64,000 nucleotides of DNA from a bacterium. Its GTDB lineage: Bacteria > Patescibacteriota > Minisyncoccia > Phycocordibacterales > JAUSHB01. Under the pieces are notes generated by a model. That model was not told the origin of the DNA. It made no database searches and worked only from the letters and a program-made list of their open reading frames with translations. The translations under genes and the position numbers were made by a program. The DNA is taken from contig JAUSHB010000006.1 in assembly GCA_030648955.1 (NCBI GenBank), forward strand, positions 11,866-75,865, written 5' to 3'. Positions 57,924 to 64,000 of this stretch are shown piece by piece (within the stretch, counting starts at the first letter, position 1; each line of letters opens with the position of its first letter).

Positions 57924-60900
57924 ATGCCTTCACCATTTATCCACCTCCATACTCACTCCCACTACTCTCTCCTCGATGGGCTTTCAAAGATTGGAGATAT
58001 GGTGGCGCTTGCAAAGAAATATGACATGCCGGCGCTCGCGCTTACCGACCATGGCAATATGTACGGCGCAATCGAGTTTTATAAAACCTGCAAGTCGCAT
58101 GGCATAAAACCCATCATTGGGGTTGAAGCATATATTGCAAACGGTTCTCGTCATGACAAAACGCCCGGTGTCGATAGTGAGCGCTATCACCTCACACTCC
58201 TCGCAAAAAATGAGACTGGTTATAAAAACCTTATCAAGCTTGTCACACTCTCTCATCTTGAGGGGTACTACTACAAACCCCGGATGGATAAAGAAATACT
58301 GCAGAAATATTCGGAAGGACTAATCTGTCTTTCAGGATGTTTTGGGAGCGAGCTTTCAAAAGCGATCCGATCTAAAGACCTTGATCGCGCTGAAAAAGTT
58401 ATCAAAGAACATCAGGAAATTTTCGGCGAGGAAAATTACTTTTTGGAAATTATGTATCACCCCGGTGTGCCCGGCATCACCGAGGTACGTGATGAAATAA
58501 TCCGTCTTGGAAAGAAATTTAAAGTTCCTCTTGTGGGAACACAGGACTCACATTATCTTCATTCCGACGACAAGCAGGCGCATGAAACACTTCTTGCAAT
58601 TCAAACCAACGCTGACTTGAACGATGAAAATCGTTTCTCTATGGCAAGTGAGGATTTTACGTTCATTGATACAAAAACGGCACAGAAATATTTCAAAGAT
58701 ATTCCTGAAGCCGTCGAGAACACAATGAAGATTGCAAATATGTGCGATATAAAACTTTCCTTGGGACATTGGGTATTTCCCAACGTGGAGCTTCTCACGG
58801 GTGTGACCTATGAAGAAGAATTACGTAGGCTTACTTTTGAGGGCATTGCCATGCGCGAACTTTCAAAAACAAAAGAAGTTACTGACCGGATTGAGTACGA
58901 ACTCGGGATCATCAACAACAAGGGATATGCTCCTTATTTTCTTGCTGTATTTGACCTAATCCACTTTGCACGTGAGCACAATATTCTCACTGCCATTCGC
59001 GGATCTGTTGCTGGTTCTCTGGTTACATACCTTTTGGGAATTACCAACGTGAATCCTCTTGAATACAAACTCCCCTTCGAACGATTTCTTAATCCTGAAC
59101 GCCCATCAGCGCCGGATATCGATATGGACTTTGCCGATAACCGCCGCGATGAAATGATTGAATATGCAAAAAAGAAATATGGTGCTGATCGTGTCGCACA
59201 AATCGGAACATTCGGCACGATGATGGCACGCGGGGCGGTGCGTGATGTCGCGCGTGCGTTGGGTAAACCATATATTACAGGAGACAAGATCTCAAAACTT
59301 ATTCCCATAGGCAGTCAGGGATTCCCTATGACCATTGATCACGCAATGAAGGTCACTCCAGAACTCAAAGATATGTATAAGAAGGATGAGGAAGTGAAGG
59401 AAATCATTGACTTGGCAAAAAAACTTGAAGGATGCGTGCGGCATATTTCAGTTCATGCCGCAGGAGTCGTGATCGCTCCCGCTCCTCTTTCAGAATATGT
59501 GCCGACCCAATTTGACCCTAAGGGAGGAAAGATCATCACACAATACGACATGCACGCGATTGAAGACGCGGGACTTCTTAAGTTCGATTTTTTGGGAATT
59601 AAAAATCTTGCGATCTTGGGTGACGCCGTCCGACTCGTAAAAAAATTCCGCAACATAGATATTAATATTGAAAAAATCCGCACGGATGACAAGAAAACGT
59701 TTGAAATGCTCGCGCGGGGAGAAACTATGGGGCTGTTTCAGTTGAACGGTTCCGGCATGACACACTATCTAAAAGATCTTCGCCCGACGAGCATTCACGA
59801 TATCAACGCCATGGTAGCCCTCTACCGCCCAGGTCCCATGGAATCCATCCCCGAATATATCCGCCGCAAACACGACACAACGCTCGTGAGCTATCTTGAT
59901 CCGCGCATGAAAGAAATTCTCACCCAGTCATATGGTGTGATTACCTATCAAGACGACGTCATGCTTATCGCTATCAAGCTCGGCGGATATTCGTGGCTTG
60001 AAGCAGACAAACTGCGCAAAGCGATGGGTAAAAAAATTCCCGCGGTCATGCAGGCAGAAAAAGCAAAGCTCATCGAAGGATTGGCAACCAATGGAATGGC
60101 ACCCAAGAAATCCGAAGAGCTCTGGAAACTTATCGAACCATTTGCAGCGTATGGATTCAATAAAGCGCATGCAGCAAGTTATGGATTGGTCGCGTATCAG
60201 ACCGCCTACATGAAAGCAAACTTCCCCATTGATTACATGACCGCGGTGCTTACGGCTGATGCGGGAGATGTGGAAAAAATTGCAGAGATCATCACGGAAT
60301 GCAAACGAATGAAGATTGAAGTGCTTCCACCTGATGTGAATGAAAGTTTTGGAGATTTTACCGTGGTTCTGCCAAAACAAAAAGATGAACAGGAAAAGAT
60401 CCGATTTGGTCTGTTTACCATCAAAAACCTCGGCACAGATATCGCTCAGGCGATCATTGACGAGCGCGAAGAGCATGGGAAGTTTTTATCGTTTTCAAAT
60501 TTTCTCAGTCGCATTACGCACAAAAATCTCAATAAGAAGTCGCTTGAATCGCTCGTGAAGAGCGGAGCCCTTGATGCGTTTGGCGAGCGAGGAGCGCTCC
60601 TCGGTAATACCGAAGAAGCGCTCCTCTACAACCGTGAACAATCAAAAGGACCGACACAACAAAATTCATTGTTCGGAGCACTCGGTGGGGCAAACACACT
60701 TTCAGAACTCACTTTGAAACATTCAGAGCCCGCAAATAAATCCGACAAACTCTCGTGGGAAAAAGAACTTTTGGGGCTGTATGTGTCTGGACACCCACTT
60801 GATGAACATCGTGAAAAACTCGAGAAGCGCGAAATGACCATCGCACGAATCAAAAGTTTGGCTGCCGAGCTTGCGGTCGTTGCGGCGGGAATTGTTGAAG

Positions 60901-61112
60901 AAGTAAAACCGGTGGTCACCAAAAAGGGCGATTCAATGGCATTCGTTAAAATTGCCGATTTCTCGGGAATGATCGAAGTCGTCATTTTCCCAAAAATATT
61001 TACAGAATTTAAAAATATATTGGTGAAAGAAAAATGCATCGCGATCAAAGGAAGAACCTCCGAGCGAAACGGCGAAAAAAGCATCATCGCGGAGAAGATT
61101 AAAATTCTCTAA
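57924..61112 (+). CDS. dnaE: DNA polymerase III alpha subunit
   Basis: HLHTHSHYSLLDG PHP domain, RGSVAGS, FERFLNPER..PDIDMDF, YGFNKAHAASY, C-terminal OB fold. Confidence 0.98.
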   Translation: MPSPFIHLHTHSHYSLLDGLSKIGDMVALAKKYDMPALALTDHGNMYGAIEFYKTCKSHGIKPIIGVEAYIANGSRHDKTPGVDSERYHLTLLAKNETGYKNLIKLVTLSHLEGYYYKPRMDKEILQKYSEGLICLSGCFGSELSKAIRSKDLDRAEKVIKEHQEIFGEENYFLEIMYHPGVPGITEVRDEIIRLGKKFKVPLVGTQDSHYLHSDDKQAHETLLAIQTNADLNDENRFSMASEDFTFIDTKTAQKYFKDIPEAVENTMKIANMCDIKLSLGHWVFPNVELLTGVTYEEELRRLTFEGIAMRELSKTKEVTDRIEYELGIINNKGYAPYFLAVFDLIHFAREHNILTAIRGSVAGSLVTYLLGITNVNPLEYKLPFERFLNPERPSAPDIDMDFADNRRDEMIEYAKKKYGADRVAQIGTFGTMMARGAVRDVARALGKPYITGDKISKLIPIGSQGFPMTIDHAMKVTPELKDMYKKDEEVKEIIDLAKKLEGCVRHISVHAAGVVIAPAPLSEYVPTQFDPKGGKIITQYDMHAIEDAGLLKFDFLGIKNLAILGDAVRLVKKFRNIDINIEKIRTDDKKTFEMLARGETMGLFQLNGSGMTHYLKDLRPTSIHDINAMVALYRPGPMESIPEYIRRKHDTTLVSYLDPRMKEILTQSYGVITYQDDVMLIAIKLGGYSWLEADKLRKAMGKKIPAVMQAEKAKLIEGLATNGMAPKKSEELWKLIEPFAAYGFNKAHAASYGLVAYQTAYMKANFPIDYMTAVLTADAGDVEKIAEIITECKRMKIEVLPPDVNESFGDFTVVLPKQKDEQEKIRFGLFTIKNLGTDIAQAIIDEREEHGKFLSFSNFLSRITHKNLNKKSLESLVKSGALDAFGERGALLGNTEEALLYNREQSKGPTQQNSLFGALGGANTLSELTLKHSEPANKSDKLSWEKELLGLYVSGHPLDEHREKLEKREMTIARIKSLAAELAVVAAGIVEEVKPVVTKKGDSMAFVKIADFSGMIEVVIFPKIFTEFKNILVKEKCIAIKGRTSERNGEKSIIAEKIKIL

Positions 61113-61139
61113 ATACCACTGAACTTGATTTTAAAATTG

Positions 61140-61173
61140 TTATAAACTTCAAGTCATGACTTGAAGTTTATAA
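61140..61173. repeat. Perfect 34-bp palindrome
   Basis: TTATAAACTTCAAGTCA|TGACTTGAAGTTTATAA. Confidence 0.9.
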
Positions 61174-61260
61174 TAGTTATCATTGGGTGTTGTTATGGAA
61201 AAAGTGAAGGAGTTGTATATGGTGGGTAGTTTACGGCTTATAATTGGTGACTCAAAGAAC

Positions 61261-61290
61261 TTGACAGAGGTGATACACTTTTGGTACACT
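61261..61290 (+). promoter_or_regulatory. Promoter of the TA operon
   Basis: TTGACA-18 nt-TACACT with TGn extension. Confidence 0.55.
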
Positions 61291-61318
61291 CTAGATATAT
61301 AAGAACTAAATAAAAAAC

Positions 61319-61540
61319 ATGTCTACTACCAAAAAACGCATCAACATCAGTATGGAACGCGAGCTTGAAGAGATGCTCTCTCGTATCGCCAAGCGCGACC
61401 GTGTTCCGCAAGCAACTAAAGCAACAGAGCTTCTTCGTATCGCCCTTGAGATTGAGGAAGATCAAGTCTGGGCCGAAGTCGCCCAAAAACGTGACAAAAA
61501 AGGAGCGCGCCTTGTATCACATAAAAAGGCATGGGCATAA
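61319..61540 (+). CDS. Ribbon-helix-helix antitoxin
   Basis: KKRINIS...IAKRD.VP.ATKA..LL..ALEIEED...LVSHKKAW; overlaps the toxin start. Confidence 0.82.
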   Translation: MSTTKKRINISMERELEEMLSRIAKRDRVPQATKATELLRIALEIEEDQVWAEVAQKRDKKGARLVSHKKAWA

Positions 61541-61815
61541 CGTACAGGATTGTCTACCATAAGCAGGTTATAACGCACGACATTCCCCTACTCTCCAAAG
61601 AATGGCGAGGCAAGATCAAAAGCGCTATTGAAAACAAACTTGTTTCCCACCCCGAAATATTTGGTATACCGCTCCGCAACACGCTTAAGAACTATCGTAA
61701 GCTCCGTGTCGGCAATTATAGAATTATCTTTCGCATTGAATCAAAGACCGTACTAATCTTTGTCATTAGTCATCGCTCGAATGTGTATCTTTTGTCAAAT
61801 AAAAGAACGACATAG
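61531..61815 (+). CDS. RelE/ParE-family toxin
   Basis: FGIPLRNTLKNYRKLRVGNYRIIF...ISHRSNVY. Confidence 0.9.
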   Translation: MGITYRIVYHKQVITHDIPLLSKEWRGKIKSAIENKLVSHPEIFGIPLRNTLKNYRKLRVGNYRIIFRIESKTVLIFVISHRSNVYLLSNKRTT

Positions 61816-61904
61816 ACTGATAATCCTTCATACGCCGTTTCCCCCGCTCACCTCAAATCCTACTTCACGCCGTTTGCGGCGAGATTAATGACCAATAGTT
61901 AATA

Positions 61905-61925
61905 TACGGAGGTCGGACCTCCGTA
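61905..61925. repeat. REP-like palindrome
   Basis: TACGGAGGTC-G-GACCTCCGTA. Confidence 0.85.
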
Positions 61926-61934
61926 GTCCTAAAG

Positions 61935-61962
61935 AAAAGCCAACCGTTACTGGTTGGCTTTT
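61935..61962. terminator. Bidirectional terminator
   Basis: AAAAGCCAACC-GTTACT-GGTTGGCTTTT. Confidence 0.75.
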
Positions 61963-61998
61963 AGCGTGAAGTGCTTGTGAAAACAGGGTCATCAACTT

Positions 61999-62409
61999 CT
62001 ACGATCGGATCATCAAGGAAATTTTGTGTGCATACTCCTGATATCTAACGTCAAAATGTATTCTGAGTATTGTCATTTTAAATGACACATATTTATTGAC
62101 ATTCTGTACACGAAAGTTACCTTCTTCTACATCACCCGGTATACGGAACATAGTGAGACGAAGCTCACCAAATTCGTCTTCCCCATATATGTCCACGTCA
62201 CTGTCACAAGCATCAAGGGAAATCAGTCTTGAGCCATCCGTTAACTCAGGCACTTCATACTCGTTCCCCTCAACTAGAATCCGGAGAACGTCTCCTGATG
62301 TATAACGATATTTCTTTCTTCTGGCGCAGTCCTTCTTGAATCTCGTGCGAATTTGTTGAGCAAGACATTCTAAATCTGGTTCTAACAATTCTGGTTTTAA
62401 CGATGCCAT
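61999..62409 (-). CDS. Hypothetical protein
   Basis: 136-aa ORF with AGGAGG SD, TTGACA promoter and terminator. Confidence 0.65.
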   Translation of the reverse strand: MASLKPELLEPDLECLAQQIRTRFKKDCARRKKYRYTSGDVLRILVEGNEYEVPELTDGSRLISLDACDSDVDIYGEDEFGELRLTMFRIPGDVEEGNFRVQNVNKYVSFKMTILRIHFDVRYQEYAHKISLMIRS

Positions 62410-62528
62410 ATATAACCTCCTATTAATCAGATATGGATTTGGCGCACTAAACTCTTTCTTTAGATTACACTAAATTAGCGTTTTGTCAAGTATTTCAGAA
62501 ATGGCCTTTATTTGCTATGATGTTTTGC

Positions 62529-64000
62529 ATGGATTCAGATAATCTCTCAAATATCCGCCACTCACTCTCACATCTTCTTGCAACGGTGGTGCGCGAAAAA
62601 GACCCCGGAGTAAAGCTTGCCATTGGCCCCGTTATTGAGAACGGCTTTTATTATGACTTTGAATTCTCGGGAGACTACTCCCCCACTCCGGAAGATTTGA
62701 AGAGTTTTCAAAAGGCAATGAAGAAGCTTGCGGGAAGGAACCTTCCGTTTCAAGGCAAAGAAGTGACTGCGGATGAAGCGCGCAAACTTTTCTCGAATGA
62801 GCCTTACAAGCTCGAGCTTATTGAAGAATTTGAAAAAGACGGTCGTAAACTTACCGTATATGAAACAGGTAATTTCATTGATCTTTGCAAAGGCGGACAT
62901 ATAGAGAACACGAAAGAAATCGACACCGATGGGTTTAAAATCACCCATATTGCCGGAGCATATTGGCGCGGAGATGAGAAAAATAAAATGCTTACGCGTA
63001 TTTACGGACTCGCATTTGAAAACAAAGAAGCGCTGGATACGTATCTAAAAAATCAGGAAGAAGCAAAAAAACGCGATCATCGAAAACTCGGCAAAGATTT
63101 GGAAATTTTTACGATCATTGACGATGTTGGTCCGGGACTTCCGCTTTTTTATCCGAATGGCGCGATCCTCCGTCGCCTTGTTGAACGTTATATCGAAGAA
63201 GAACAAGAAAAGCGAGGTTACCAGCCGATTTGGATTCCCCACATCACAAAAGGAAATCTCTATAAGACTTCCGGTCACCTCGACAAATATGACGCAATGT
63301 ACCCGCCAATGAACATTGACGAGCATGATTACTACATCAAACCCATGAATTGTCCGCATTTCATGATGCTCTATAAAACGAAGCAACACTCATATCGCGA
63401 TCTTCCGCTCCGTTACACTTCAACTACTACCAACTATCGCTATGAGAAATCGGGGGAGCTTTCCGGCCTCACACGCGTACGCTCACTTACGCAAGACGAT
63501 TGTCATGTGTTTTGTGAACCATTGCAGATTGAAGATGAAATTAAGTTGATGCTTGAAATGATTGGGCAGGTCTATAAAAAATTCGAACTCAATGATTTTT
63601 CTGTCCGCATTTCACTCCGTGATCCAAAAAACAAAGAAAAGTATCTGGGAAGCGATGAGGTGTGGGAGAAAGCGGAGAGCGCGCTCAAAAATGTTGTGAA
63701 GACAACGGGATGGAAACATGAAGAGGAAGAGGGTGAAGCGGCATTTTACGGACCCAAACTTGATTTCGTATTTAAAGATGTTTTAGGAAGGGATTGGCAA
63801 CTCTCCACCATTCAGCTTGATTGGAATCTCCCGGAGAGATTTGAACTTGAATATATAGATAACGAAGGAAAACAATCACGCCCCGTCGTGATCCATCGTG
63901 CGATCTTGGGTTCAACGGAGCGATTTTTAGGAATTATGATTGAGCATTACGGCGGAGCATTCCCCGTATGGCTCTCCCCTGTTCAAGCACTCATTCTCCC
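62529..64000 (+). CDS. thrS: Threonyl-tRNA synthetase, 3' truncated by the window; no N-terminal TGS domain
   Basis: MDSDNLSNIRHSLSHLLA...IGPVIENGFYYDF, DLCKGGH, AGAYWRGDEKN.ML.RIYG, RDHRKLG, KPMNCP, GEAAFYGPKLD, IHRAILGS.ERF. Confidence 0.97.
   Translation, partial: MDSDNLSNIRHSLSHLLATVVREKDPGVKLAIGPVIENGFYYDFEFSGDYSPTPEDLKSFQKAMKKLAGRNLPFQGKEVTADEARKLFSNEPYKLELIEEFEKDGRKLTVYETGNFIDLCKGGHIENTKEIDTDGFKITHIAGAYWRGDEKNKMLTRIYGLAFENKEALDTYLKNQEEAKKRDHRKLGKDLEIFTIIDDVGPGLPLFYPNGAILRRLVERYIEEEQEKRGYQPIWIPHITKGNLYKTSGHLDKYDAMYPPMNIDEHDYYIKPMNCPHFMMLYKTKQHSYRDLPLRYTSTTTNYRYEKSGELSGLTRVRSLTQDDCHVFCEPLQIEDEIKLMLEMIGQVYKKFELNDFSVRISLRDPKNKEKYLGSDEVWEKAESALKNVVKTTGWKHEEEEGEAAFYGPKLDFVFKDVLGRDWQLSTIQLDWNLPERFELEYIDNEGKQSRPVVIHRAILGSTERFLGIMIEHYGGAFPVWLSPVQALIL

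Noticed and set aside
61831-61902. Short frame YAVSPAHLKSYFTPFAARLMTNS-stop as a stranded dnaE tail
   Set aside because: No similarity to the dnaE C-terminus; it could be a remnant of another gene but cannot be identified by eye.
278-63389. Numerous 60-190 aa ORFs nested in or antisense to long genes
   Set aside because: Shadows of well-supported genes with no motifs or expression signals of their own.

Overview
Chromosomal segment of a small-genome bacterium, most likely Patescibacteria/CPR (Parcubacteria-like; inferred from the short hinge-less SMC, TGS-less ThrS, NusB-Nudix fusion, several type IV pilins and apparently leaderless genes). 1-21.9 kb: type IV pilus/T2SS-like cluster (large surface protein, pseudopilins, PilC, PilB, pilins, PilM-N, PilO) with an embedded signalling operon. 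22-30 kb: Zn/Mn ABC transporter, EngB, DsbA and a SUF operon without sufD. 30-64 kb: housekeeping genes (rpoB-rpoC-dnaG-rpoD, rpsP-khpA-trmD, rnr, smc, rnc, nusB, rpmF, rnhB, dnaE, partial thrS) interspersed with orphan genes and RelE-type toxin-antitoxin modules. Best candidates for undescribed biology: (1) two sensors with no output domain that end in the same RELRMxExK helix, beside a histidine kinase with an extra RATVNVLED helix, suggesting a split docking-helix signalling system; (2) TA cargo at the 3' ends of smc and rnr, each followed by a stranded duplicate of the gene tail that differs only at synonymous positions, with REP-like palindromes nearby; (3) a nested palindromic element inserted in frame in rnc. 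No tRNA, rRNA, CRISPR array, integrase or transposase was recognised. All calls come from reading motifs by eye; no database searches were run.
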